Both the position numbers and the translations under genes were made by a program. From Gemmatimonadales bacterium (GTDB taxonomy: Bacteria > Gemmatimonadota > Gemmatimonadetes > Gemmatimonadales > GWC2-71-9): DNA of 64,000 nt. The stretch covers positions 50,676-114,675 of the forward strand of contig JBDIWC010000007.1 in assembly GCA_039794085.1 (NCBI GenBank). Direction: 5' to 3'. Shown piece after piece: positions 1-9,018 of this stretch (position 1 is its first letter; every line of letters begins with the position of its first letter). The notes beneath the pieces are model-generated. The model was not told where the DNA came from, did not search any database, and worked only from the letters and a program-made list of their open reading frames with translations.

Positions 1-53
1 TCGTGCCGGTAGTAGAAGGTCCGCACCGGGGAGGACTCGCCGGGATGGTTCAT
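1..53 (-). CDS. 5' fragment of a CDS running off the left edge (MNHPGESSPVRTFYYRH...); by context possibly a CotH-type partner of VTC/DUF4956
   Basis: ATG at 53-51 overlaps the TGA of the DUF4956-like gene (TGATG coupling); product guessed from context only. Confidence 0.4.
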   Translation of the reverse strand, partial: MNHPGESSPVRTFYYRH

Positions 54-751
54 CACACGTTGATGTTTTCCTGGCCGACGAGAATGGCCACCTTGTGATT
101 CCTCACCAACGGCCGGAGATCGTCGAGGAGGGTGGCCTCCGAGACCCGCGGCCTGAGCTCCACCGAGTACACGAGTTCCACCACGTCGCCCTCACCCAGG
201 GTCTCCACGCTCAAGAGCGAGGCCTCGCGCAGATGGCGGTGGAACACCTCGGTGAAGACCGTGTGATAGTCGAGGTCGGAGGGGAGGTGCACCTTGAGGA
301 GGGCCTCGCGACTGGTCGCCGCCCCGATCTCGAACCGGCTCAGAGTGTAGATCATCCCCCCCATCGCCAGGGCAAAGATGACGGCGGTGAGGTAGAACCC
401 GGTGCCGGTGGCCATCCCGACGGCCATGGCCACGAAGATGAAGGCCACGTCCCGGCTGTCCTTGACCGCATTCCGGAAGCGAATGATCGAGAGGGCCCCG
501 ACCAGGGTGAACGCCCGCGCAATGTTGCTTCCGATCACGAGCATGATAAGGGAGATGGTGACCCCCATGATGATCATGGCATGCACGAACGACACCGAGT
601 AGGAGAGCCCGCGGTGGGAGATCCGGTACACGTACGCCAGGAGCAGGTTGAGCACGAAGCTCAACCCGAGGGCCACCACGGTTTCCCAGACGCCAAATCC
701 CCCGACCTGCGAGGCGCCCGACGTCAACTGTCTGATGAATTCGTCCACCAC
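53..751 (-). CDS. DUF4956-family membrane protein
   Basis: Motif IGSNIARAFTLVGALSIIRFRNAVKDSRDVAFIF..MAVGMATG, several TM helices, C-terminal ACT-like domain; directly downstream of a VTC-domain gene. Confidence 0.85.
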   Translation of the reverse strand: MVDEFIRQLTSGASQVGGFGVWETVVALGLSFVLNLLLAYVYRISHRGLSYSVSFVHAMIIMGVTISLIMLVIGSNIARAFTLVGALSIIRFRNAVKDSRDVAFIFVAMAVGMATGTGFYLTAVIFALAMGGMIYTLSRFEIGAATSREALLKVHLPSDLDYHTVFTEVFHRHLREASLLSVETLGEGDVVELVYSVELRPRVSEATLLDDLRPLVRNHKVAILVGQENINV

Positions 752-767
752 GCCTCCTGACAGGAGT

Positions 768-1478
768 TCAGGTGAGTGCGCCGCCGTACACGGCTCGATC
801 CACGGCGGAGCAGTACTTGGACATGCGCACCATCGGTAGCCCGAGCCGGGCGATCGACTTGGTGAGCCAGAGCGGCGCCCCTCCGGTGAACTTCACTTCC
901 ATGACCGCGGTGCGGGGATCGAGCACCGCGGCCCCGGTGTCGAAGGGGGTGACCAGATCGAACCCGGTCGTCCGGTACTGGATGCGGGTATCGAAGTTGA
1001 CCCGCAGTGCCGGCTCGTAACGCCCCATGAAGGCTCGCCGCCGATACCGGATCGCGCACCGGGGCGCCAGGTTGTGACGCCGAAAGAGGGTCCAGGCCTC
1101 CCGCATCACCGGATCGGTCACATCGTCACCCGGGTGCGTTACGAACCGTTCCCGGGCCTCCGCCACCGACATCCGCAATCGGCGCTTCTGCTGGGTCCGG
1201 TCCACCCGCTGCTTGATCTCCAGAAAGAGTTCCTCGCTCCCCACATAGCGCCGGAGACGCACCTTGCGCCGGACCATGAGGCCCTCGACCTTTTCCCAGA
1301 AGAGGGAGTACTCGGGGGAATCCCAGTAGACGCTGTAGACCGCATACCCCCACTCCGGATCCCCGTGCTCATCGGCCGTGAGGTACTCGCCGAGCGCGGC
1401 CCGGATGGCCGAGACCTCCCGCGCCGCCACGAGATACTTGAGCTCATAGCGGTTCCGGGTGTCGGTCAGATGTGGCAT
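768..1478 (-). CDS. VTC-domain (polyphosphate polymerase/CYTH-like) protein
   Basis: RYELKY, SVYWDS, RRKVRLRRY, FLEIK, RVNFD, VMEVKF and SKYC motifs typical of bacterial VTC proteins. Confidence 0.88.
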   Translation of the reverse strand: MPHLTDTRNRYELKYLVAAREVSAIRAALGEYLTADEHGDPEWGYAVYSVYWDSPEYSLFWEKVEGLMVRRKVRLRRYVGSEELFLEIKQRVDRTQQKRRLRMSVAEARERFVTHPGDDVTDPVMREAWTLFRRHNLAPRCAIRYRRRAFMGRYEPALRVNFDTRIQYRTTGFDLVTPFDTGAAVLDPRTAVMEVKFTGGAPLWLTKSIARLGLPMVRMSKYCSAVDRAVYGGALT

Positions 1479-1535
1479 GGCACCGCTCCCTGTCGGAACG
1501 TGCTCTGCATCGCAAGTCCCATGCCCTCCGGGACC

Positions 1536-2957
1536 TCACACAGTCTGGGCTCCGCGCCCAGTGCGCACCAGGCGCAGTCCTCCCCCCGGAGCCAGCGCGA
1601 GCAGGTAGACCAGTGCTCCCGTGGGCACGCCGATCCACAGCGGAAGAGGAACCGCCCAGAGGACGAGGGCCATGACCCCGGCGGCGAGTGCGGCGTGCCA
1701 TCCCGCCGACACAATCCGGGCCTCGTACCCTTCACGGTGGGCGCTCCGCAGCACCAGGGCTGTCCGCACCAGTTCGGTTCCGAGGGTGGCACCGGCCGCC
1801 CCGAGGAGTCCCCACCGGGGGATGAGGAGGACATTGAGGACAAGGTTGACCGCGACGCCCCGAACCGAGGCCGCAAGCACCAGCGGATGGCGGTCTGAGG
1901 CGACCAGCCCCGCCTGTCCCACGTTGCGGAGGAGGGAGATCGGCAGGGAGAGGAGCAGCAGACCGAGGGCGGGGCCGCCACGCAGATACTCGGGCCCGTA
2001 CAGAGTCTGCAGGAGGGACCCGGTCACCAGCACGCCCCCCACCGCCACGGGAATCCCGAGCGCCAGCACCTGCCGTACTCCGAGTTGGAAAGCGCTCCGA
2101 TCCACTCGTCCCTCCCCGTGAGATCGGGCCAGGGTGGGGAGAAGGCTGTGATAGTACGTGACCCCGATGTTCAGGAAGAAACTGACCGGGGCGTAGACCG
2201 CCACATACACGCCCACCGCCGCCGTCCCGTGAAAGCCCCTCAGGAAGAGCACATCGGCGTTGAACATGACGAGACCGAGCAGGGCATGGAGGGCCAGGGG
2301 ACGTGCCGACCGGAGAACGGGGAGGGCCCGGTTCCACCATCCTCGCCAGCGGATCGGACCGATCACACCGGCGAGCCCGATGCCGAGCGAGGCGGCCCCC
2401 GCACCCTCCGCCGCCAGCTGAAGCAAGGGCACCCGGGTCAGATCGGCGCCTCGGCGCACCAGCAGCAACACCAGGAGGAGAAAGAGGCCGTCCGCGAGGA
2501 TCCGGGCCCCGGCGGCGCTCCGGGCCCGCCCCAGCCCCAGGCAGGCCCAGCGCAGGTTCAGAGCCAGGGGAATCAGGGTCAGGGAGATCAGGGCCAGGAT
2601 GGTCCCATCGGGGGCCGGCAGGAGGAGAATTCCTCCGAGCGATGTCACACCAATCAGGGCGAGAGCCAGCACCACCCGGGCGATGATCAGGGCGGGAGCG
2701 GTGTGTTGGAGGAAGGTCGGGTCCAGCGCCACTCGTCGCACGCCGACCGAATCGAGTCCGCCTTCGACCAGCACCACGAGATAGAGACGGACCGTGAGGG
2801 CGAAACCGATGACGCCGAACCCTTCGGCGCCGAGGGTCCGGGCCAGCACGATGGTGGCGACAAATCCGAGAATCCGTGCCGCCACTTCCCCCGAGGCGAG
2901 CACGGAAAAAAGCCGCCCCGGGGAGGGTCCTGGGGCGGAGGCACTCGGAGAGGTCAG
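1536..2957 (-). CDS. wzx: Wzx/MOP-family oligosaccharide flippase (start uncertain: CTG 2957 or GTG 2903)
   Basis: LARTLGAEGFGVIGFA, DVLFL..VGVY and NLVLNVLLIPRWGLLGAA motifs; highly hydrophobic. The 5' part of the ORF-track call overlaps the upstream gene. Confidence 0.85.
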   Translation of the reverse strand: MTSPSASAPGPSPGRLFSVLASGEVAARILGFVATIVLARTLGAEGFGVIGFALTVRLYLVVLVEGGLDSVGVRRVALDPTFLQHTAPALIIARVVLALALIGVTSLGGILLLPAPDGTILALISLTLIPLALNLRWACLGLGRARSAAGARILADGLFLLLVLLLVRRGADLTRVPLLQLAAEGAGAASLGIGLAGVIGPIRWRGWWNRALPVLRSARPLALHALLGLVMFNADVLFLRGFHGTAAVGVYVAVYAPVSFFLNIGVTYYHSLLPTLARSHGEGRVDRSAFQLGVRQVLALGIPVAVGGVLVTGSLLQTLYGPEYLRGGPALGLLLLSLPISLLRNVGQAGLVASDRHPLVLAASVRGVAVNLVLNVLLIPRWGLLGAAGATLGTELVRTALVLRSAHREGYEARIVSAGWHAALAAGVMALVLWAVPLPLWIGVPTGALVYLLALAPGGGLRLVRTGRGAQTV

Positions 2958-3250
2958 AGCCGGTACTCGGTCAGCTTGTTGTAGACCGTCCCGATGACTC
3001 GGCCGAAGCCGTACCCCACCACGAATCCGTACACCGCTCCGATGAGGCTCCCGGGAAAGGACACCGAATACCCGGGGAAGAAGACGGCCAGAAGCTGGAG
3101 ATGCTGCCCGGCATCGGGCCCCCCGCTCCAGACCAGAAAATTGGTCGCCAGGAAGAGGACACCCGCGCACACCAACCCGAAGGCGACACCCCAGGCCCGC
3201 CCGTTGAGCCGTTGAATGACCGCGGCCACTTCGGCTTGTTCCGTCGTCAT
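2954..3250 (-). CDS. Small 2-3 TM hypothetical membrane protein (98 aa)
   Basis: GGAC/GGGGG RBS-like sequence, hydrophobic segments, GYSVSFPGSLIG motif shared with the neighbouring gene. Confidence 0.75.
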   Translation of the reverse strand: MTTEQAEVAAVIQRLNGRAWGVAFGLVCAGVLFLATNFLVWSGGPDAGQHLQLLAVFFPGYSVSFPGSLIGAVYGFVVGYGFGRVIGTVYNKLTEYRL

Positions 3251-3289
3251 GAGGTCCCCCCCTGCGGGCGCCGGATCACAAGGCCCGGC

Positions 3290-3679
3290 TCAGATGTGGT
3301 CAAGAAAATCACGAGTCCGGGCCAGCTCGGCTCGGGTCCGAATGAGGAACACCTGGGTGGCGATCACGACGTTCCGGATGAAGGCCAGGAACCATCCCGC
3401 CACGGCCCCGACCACGAATCCCCACCCGAATCCGATGAGCGCTCCGGTCCAGGAGACGGAGTAGCCGGCAAAGTAGGCCCCGAGCAGGTCGAGGGAGAAC
3501 GTCGGGTCCGTGGGCACTCCGCCCCCCTCCACGAGGAGATCGATCACGGTCAGAAGGAGAATAAGGGCACCCGTGGCCGCGCCGACGGCGATGCCGAACC
3601 GGCGCTTGTGCAGGGGAGCGAAGGCGAAGGCGATCGCCTCCAGCGCGGGGGCGTCCGAAGCGGGGCGGGCTGGTGTCAT
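3290..3679 (-). CDS. Small hypothetical membrane protein (129 aa), paralog of 2954..3250
   Basis: GAGGAG RBS; GYSVSWTGALIGFGWGFVVG motif. Confidence 0.75.
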   Translation of the reverse strand: MTPARPASDAPALEAIAFAFAPLHKRRFGIAVGAATGALILLLTVIDLLVEGGGVPTDPTFSLDLLGAYFAGYSVSWTGALIGFGWGFVVGAVAGWFLAFIRNVVIATQVFLIRTRAELARTRDFLDHI

Positions 3680-3731
3680 GGGTCACTCCTCACGGCCGGT
3701 GGCCCAAATATGGGAGATTGTCCCGGCGTCA

Positions 3732-4871
3732 TCAACCGGACCCTCCCACGACGCCCGGACGCGACCGCCGCCGCGGCACCTGGCGCTTCGGGACCGGTGG
3801 CCAATGCTGGAGCCCCACCTCCGCATAGGCTTGCACCCGGGCCGAGGGCTGGGGGTCACCCACCACGTGGTGGAGCATCCATCCGAAGATGGCGGAACAC
3901 GCGTTCAGGGCGTAGTACAGGAAGTTGAGCGGCACCACCCGCACCGCGAACCAGAGCCCGCGTTCGCGGAAAAAGAACCGGTAGAGCGACCGGTTGAGAA
4001 ACAGCATGACGGCGACGATCCCGGTGGACACCACTCCGTACCAGGAATGACCGGTGACGACCCACCCGAGGAGAAGCAGGATCAGGAAGCCCACCAGGGC
4101 GGTCTTCACCTTCTCCACCGGGCGCAGGTTGAGCGACTGGACTGTGCCGGAGCCTCCGCGGCGGATCAGGAGCCGGGTCCAGGGGACGCCGCGATCGTTG
4201 AGGTCGGAGGTCACGACATCCCGCAGGCGCCACCGTTTCAGATGGGTCCCCTGGATCTCGGGACGCAGCAGGATGATGGCCCCGAGATCCCGCAGCCGGT
4301 TGCCGAGCTCGATGTCCTCGATCTGGGGGCGGGAGAACTGCCACTCATCGTACATCCCCGCGGCGCGGAACGCCTCGGTCCGGACGGCGCCGCACCCGGC
4401 CCAGAAGGTTTCGGCCTCGCCCCGGTCCCGGGCATGGAAGTGGTGATGGAGAAGGTTCCGGTACTGGGACACGAATCCCGGCGCCCGCGGGGTGGTGTCG
4501 TAGGATCCGAAGATGGCGCTGGCTCCGGGCGACTCCGCGAAGGCCCAGGCGAAGCGACGCAACGCATCCGCATGCACGCACACATCCGCATCAACGAACA
4601 CGAGGATCTCCCCTCGCGCCACCTCGGACCCGCGATTGCGGGCATAGGAAGGCCCGTGGGGATCTCCGGGAAGCCGCACGATCACATCGGCATGGGTCGC
4701 GGCAATCTCCACCGTCCGATCGGTGCTCCCGTCGTCCACGACGATCAGTTCCCAGAGGTCCCGGGGGAGATCGCTTCCCCCGAGCGCGGCCAGGCACTCC
4801 GGCAACACACGCTCCCCCTGGTACACCGGGACGATGACGGACAGGATCGGTGCCTCCCGCGGGGACCGCAC
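3732..4871 (-). CDS. GT2 glycosyltransferase with C-terminal TM segments
   Basis: SVIVPVY, VVDDGSTD, ARNRG, FVDAD (DxD) and IEDIELG motifs. Confidence 0.9.
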   Translation of the reverse strand: MRSPREAPILSVIVPVYQGERVLPECLAALGGSDLPRDLWELIVVDDGSTDRTVEIAATHADVIVRLPGDPHGPSYARNRGSEVARGEILVFVDADVCVHADALRRFAWAFAESPGASAIFGSYDTTPRAPGFVSQYRNLLHHHFHARDRGEAETFWAGCGAVRTEAFRAAGMYDEWQFSRPQIEDIELGNRLRDLGAIILLRPEIQGTHLKRWRLRDVVTSDLNDRGVPWTRLLIRRGGSGTVQSLNLRPVEKVKTALVGFLILLLLGWVVTGHSWYGVVSTGIVAVMLFLNRSLYRFFFRERGLWFAVRVVPLNFLYYALNACSAIFGWMLHHVVGDPQPSARVQAYAEVGLQHWPPVPKRQVPRRRSRPGVVGGSG

Positions 4872-5618
4872 TCAGCCCGCTCCCCCCCCGCTCACCGCGC
4901 GCCGTACATCGCGCAGGGCGGCGCGCCAGCGGAGACGCAGGTGAAACTCCGTCCCCCCCCACCCATGCAGGGCTCCGATGTCCCGGACATACCACATGTC
5001 GAGCCGCGGCAGGCACAGCGCATCGGTCCCGTCCCGCAGGGCGGCGTACCGGGTGGTGCACCCCACCCGGTGGACCCGGGCCGCGACGGCAGTCACCGTT
5101 TTGTTGACCTCCCCGTACGGGTAGGCGAAGGCAGTCGGACGCTGGCCGGTCCGGTGCTCCAGCTCGTCGGCCGCCCCGCGGATTTCCTCCTCCAGTTGCT
5201 CGCCGTCACACGCCGTGAGGTCGGGATGGGTCCGCGAATGGGACCCCAGGGTGACCCCCCGGGAGGCCAGGTCCGACAAAGAGTCCCAGTCGGCCAGGGG
5301 AAGCGTCGGGATGCCGCGCACCGCGCGCCCCCCCCATTCATTGGTGCGTCCCACCGCTCCGCTGACCACGAAGGCGGTGACCGGCAGCCCGTGCTCCAGG
5401 AGCAGGGGAGCGGCGAGAGTGGCGAAGTTCTGAAAGGCGTCGTCGAAGGTGAGGGACACGGCGTCGGTGTCATCGGGCAGAGCCAGCAGCTCCTCCAGGG
5501 ACACGACCTTCACCCGGCCCGACGCCAGCCACGCCACGTGCTCCCGGAACACCTCCTCCGAGACCGAAATCGGCGAACCGGATCCGTCGATCGAGTGCCA
5601 GGTCAGAATGGCGCGCAC
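4872..5618 (-). CDS. Polysaccharide deacetylase (CE4/NodB)
   Basis: LTFDDA, GSHSRTH and FAYPYG motifs. Confidence 0.9.
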   Translation of the reverse strand: MRAILTWHSIDGSGSPISVSEEVFREHVAWLASGRVKVVSLEELLALPDDTDAVSLTFDDAFQNFATLAAPLLLEHGLPVTAFVVSGAVGRTNEWGGRAVRGIPTLPLADWDSLSDLASRGVTLGSHSRTHPDLTACDGEQLEEEIRGAADELEHRTGQRPTAFAYPYGEVNKTVTAVAARVHRVGCTTRYAALRDGTDALCLPRLDMWYVRDIGALHGWGGTEFHLRLRWRAALRDVRRAVSGGGAG

Positions 5619-5621
5619 CGG

Positions 5622-6605
5622 TTACCTGCCGGCTCCGGTGACGTGGAGGGTCCGCTGATCGGCCACGACATCCGCGATGATCTGCTCCAGGGAGGTCCGG
5701 GGACGGTATCCCACCACCCGTTCCAGCTTTCTCACATCGGGCACCCGTCGCTGCATGTCCTCGAAGCCGGCCGCGTACGCCTCCGCATAGGGGATGAGGC
5801 GGATCTCGGACCGGCTCTCCGCCGCGGCCCTCACCATCTCCGCCAGCTGGAGCATCGTGACCTCGCGGTCCGACCCCACGTTGAAGACCTCGCCGACCGC
5901 TCCGGGCGTTCCGATGAGCCGCAGCGTTGCCTCCACCGCATCCTGCACATGGCCAAAGCAGCGCGACTGGGTCCCGTCTCCATAGACCGTGATCGGCTCG
6001 CCCCGAACCGCCTGGGCGGCGAAGGTCGGAAGCACCATGCCATAGCGTCCGGTCTGCCGGGGTCCCACCGTGTTGAAGAAACGGGTGACAATCACCGGAA
6101 CCTGTTTCTCGCGCCAATAGGCGAGCGCCAGCCACTCATCGAGCGCCTTGGAGCAGGCATAGGCCCACCGGGAGTGGGTGGTGGGGCCGAGGGTCAGGTC
6201 GTCCTCCTCGCGGAAGGGAATCCGCAGACCCTTCCCGTACACCTCCGACGTCGAGGCGACCACCACGAGCTTCCCCTTCTTGGCCGCGGCACCCAACACC
6301 ACCTCGGTGGCGCGCACGTTGGTCTCGATGGTGTGCACCGGACGCTCGACGATGAGGCGCACCCCCACGGCCGCCGCGAGGTGGACCGTGACATCGCACC
6401 GGTCCACCAGTTCCGCCACCAACGGAACGTCCGTGGCCGACCCGATCCGATACTCGAATCCCGGGCGCCCGACACAGCCGGCGATATTGTCCATGCTCCC
6501 CGTCGAGAGATCGTCGAGAACGAGAACCTGGTCCCCGCGGGCCAGCAACCGCTCCGCGAGATGACTTCCGATGAATCCGGCTCCGCCGGTCACGCACACC
6601 TTCAT
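5622..6605 (-). CDS. NAD-dependent nucleotide-sugar epimerase/dehydratase (SDR)
   Basis: TGGAGFIGSH, STSEVYG, YACSK and RFFNTVGPRQ motifs. Confidence 0.92.
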   Translation of the reverse strand: MKVCVTGGAGFIGSHLAERLLARGDQVLVLDDLSTGSMDNIAGCVGRPGFEYRIGSATDVPLVAELVDRCDVTVHLAAAVGVRLIVERPVHTIETNVRATEVVLGAAAKKGKLVVVASTSEVYGKGLRIPFREEDDLTLGPTTHSRWAYACSKALDEWLALAYWREKQVPVIVTRFFNTVGPRQTGRYGMVLPTFAAQAVRGEPITVYGDGTQSRCFGHVQDAVEATLRLIGTPGAVGEVFNVGSDREVTMLQLAEMVRAAAESRSEIRLIPYAEAYAAGFEDMQRRVPDVRKLERVVGYRPRTSLEQIIADVVADQRTLHVTGAGR

Positions 6606-7849
6606 CCAGCCTCCTGACGGCGCGCCCGCCGGGCCGCGGCGCGCGCCACAATGTCGAGATACTGCGGAATCACGGCGGCCTCCGACCAGTGGGTCAGGAA
6701 GGCCTCCCGCGCAGAAACGGCCCGCCGTTCCCGGTGCCCGGGATCGGCCTGGAGCCGGTGCAGAGCGGCGCGAAGCTCCTCCGGCGTGTCGAACAACTCT
6801 CCCCCCCCGGCTCGCTCCACGATCTCCGGAAAGGGGCCGAACCGGCGCGCCACCACGGGGACCCCCTGCCGGAACGCCTCGATCAGGATGATCCCGAAGG
6901 TTTCATAACAGACCGAGGGCACAATCAGTGCCACCGCGTGACGATAGATGCGGGAGAGCGTCTCGGGGTCGACCCGTCCCAGGAACCGGACCTGGGGCAT
7001 CCCCTCCGCCAGCTGGCGGAGGTCGGGGGCGTACTCGCCGTCTCCCGCGACCAGCAGGTCGGCATCGGGGTAGTCCCGGAAGAGGGGGATGACGTCCTGA
7101 AGCCCCTTGATCCGCTCCAGTCGGCCCACAAAGAGGAAATACGGGCGGTGATGCACAGCGGGGGACCGGTCCCCCGAGTCCGGTTCCCCTCCCTCATCAG
7201 GGAGGAAATACGGCAAGACCTCCATCGGACGGGGAAAGCCGAATTCGGCGTGCTTCCGCCGGCTGAACTCGCTCATGGCGATGAAGGTGTCCACCTGATC
7301 CAACGCCCGCTCGAGAGTGCCGAGGCGTCGCCACCACTGCGGGGGTCTCCGATAGCTCAGTTGACAGCGAATGCAGGCACGCTCGGGACACGGCTCCCGC
7401 CCGAATCGCCACAGCACGTGCGTGGGGCAGACGAGCCAATGTTCGTGCGCCATGTACAGCTTGACCCCTCGGCCGTACCGGAAGAGCCCGGGCCCTCCCA
7501 CCAGGGAGACATTGTGATAGTTGATCACGTCGAAACGGCCCTGGTCGAGAATCCGGCGGATGCGGGCCCCGGTCAGCACCGGGCGGCCGAATTGCTGGGT
7601 GAGCAGCGGGGAGAGGGTGCCGAAACCGCTCCGCAGCGGGATCACGTCGAGTCCCGGGGTCGGTCCCGGGCTCTCCGGGAGGGGGCCTGGATGGAGGGCC
7701 GCGAAGGCATCGACGTCGTGGATCACGGTCACATGATGGCCGGCGCGGACCAGCCCTAAGGCCAGTCGCTCGACTCCGATCGCGTCCCCCCCGAAGTGGT
7801 AGGGGGGATAGAAGGTGGTCAGGAAGGCGAAGCGAAGAGACTCGGTCAT
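6602..7849 (-). CDS. GT4 glycosyltransferase
   Basis: True start MTESLRFAFLTTFYPP (ATG 7849, ATGA overlap with the upstream stop); FVGRLERIKG and ETFGIILIEA motifs. Confidence 0.9.
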   Translation of the reverse strand: MTESLRFAFLTTFYPPYHFGGDAIGVERLALGLVRAGHHVTVIHDVDAFAALHPGPLPESPGPTPGLDVIPLRSGFGTLSPLLTQQFGRPVLTGARIRRILDQGRFDVINYHNVSLVGGPGLFRYGRGVKLYMAHEHWLVCPTHVLWRFGREPCPERACIRCQLSYRRPPQWWRRLGTLERALDQVDTFIAMSEFSRRKHAEFGFPRPMEVLPYFLPDEGGEPDSGDRSPAVHHRPYFLFVGRLERIKGLQDVIPLFRDYPDADLLVAGDGEYAPDLRQLAEGMPQVRFLGRVDPETLSRIYRHAVALIVPSVCYETFGIILIEAFRQGVPVVARRFGPFPEIVERAGGGELFDTPEELRAALHRLQADPGHRERRAVSAREAFLTHWSEAAVIPQYLDIVARAAARRARRQEAG

Positions 7850-9012
7850 GCCCGCGCCGCTTCCCGGATCGCCCCGAGGGTGGCAGCCGCCGTCCGGTCC
7901 CACGAGAGGGCTCGCGCCCGGATCAACGCCACGCTCGCCAGGGCCTCTCTTTCCTCCGGGTGGTCCACCAGCGTTCGGATCGCCTCGGTAAGGGCGGTTC
8001 GGTCCCCCGGGCGGACCCAGATTCCCCCACCGTCCAGGAGTTGGGGGAGCGGGCTCTCCGTGGTGGCCACAACAGGGGTGGCGCAGGCGGCGGCCTCGAC
8101 GGCCGGGAGGCCAAACCCTTCCGCCTCGGAGGGGAGGATGCACGCCACAGCACCGGTGTAGAGGTGACGCAACTCTTCGTCGGGCACGAACCCGGTCCAA
8201 TGAACCAGCGGACCGGTCCCGAGGGTCACGATCGACCGGAGGAGAGACTCCCGGTGCTCGTGGAACACGTCGCTCCCGACCGAGCCGACCAACAGCAGGT
8301 GCACGGGTGTGGCCCTCGTCACTGCGGCGTGGGCCTCGAGGAGGACATCGAGTCGCTTGTGGGGATTGAACCCTCCGACATAGATGATCCAGGGAGTTCC
8401 GGCCGGCACCCCTGCTGCCGCACCCGCCCGGCGGACCTCCTCGGCGGGCGAGGGAGTGAAGACCGGGGCCGGGGCTTCCGGGGCCACTCGAAGGCGATCC
8501 CGGCGGACGCCGAGCACCCGGACCAGATCCTCCGCGGCGAAGTCGGAGACGGTCAGGACCCGGGTGGCCTGGGCGAGGGCGAGGCGCACCTTGAGGGTCC
8601 AGAAGAGGCGGGCCCGGCGCCCGGGGATGGTGAGTTCGGGAAACCGTTCCACGATGGCGTCGTGGATGGTGACCACGGAGGGAAGCCCGAGAGGGAGGGG
8701 AAACCAGGTGTAGACTGTCGGCGCGAAGAAGACATCGAGGCGGGCCCGGGCCACGGCCCGGTGCATCCGGAAAAGATCGCGGGGCGACCGGTAACCCTCC
8801 GCTGACGCGGCACGGGTCGGTGCGGCCTGCAGCGGGACCTCGCGCACCTGGACGCCCGGCAAACCGGGAAAGTCCCGCCGGGACTCGGCATCGAGGAAGC
8901 AGACGAACTCCTCTCCCGGGGCGGTCCGCACCAGGCCGGGGAGCACCTGACGAAGGAAACGTCCGTACCCCCGCCCGTTGGCCCAGGAGGTGGCGTCGAT
9001 CCCGATCCGCAT
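7846..9012 (-). CDS. GT4 glycosyltransferase (MtfB-like)
   Basis: MRIGIDA, TIHDA, YVGGFNPHK and EGFGLPAVEAAACATP motifs. Confidence 0.92.
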   Translation of the reverse strand: MRIGIDATSWANGRGYGRFLRQVLPGLVRTAPGEEFVCFLDAESRRDFPGLPGVQVREVPLQAAPTRAASAEGYRSPRDLFRMHRAVARARLDVFFAPTVYTWFPLPLGLPSVVTIHDAIVERFPELTIPGRRARLFWTLKVRLALAQATRVLTVSDFAAEDLVRVLGVRRDRLRVAPEAPAPVFTPSPAEEVRRAGAAAGVPAGTPWIIYVGGFNPHKRLDVLLEAHAAVTRATPVHLLLVGSVGSDVFHEHRESLLRSIVTLGTGPLVHWTGFVPDEELRHLYTGAVACILPSEAEGFGLPAVEAAACATPVVATTESPLPQLLDGGGIWVRPGDRTALTEAIRTLVDHPEEREALASVALIRARALSWDRTAAATLGAIREAARA

Positions 9013-9018
9013 CGGGCG

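Noticed and set aside
3510..6617. 1035-aa plus-strand ORF and many other long antisense ORFs
   Set aside because: Shadow ORFs of well-supported opposite-strand genes in high-GC DNA, with no recognisable motifs.
4882..6808. C8 runs (4882, 4953, 5328, 6801) as phase-variable tracts
   Set aside because: They are short, in frame and expected from Gly codons in high-GC genes.
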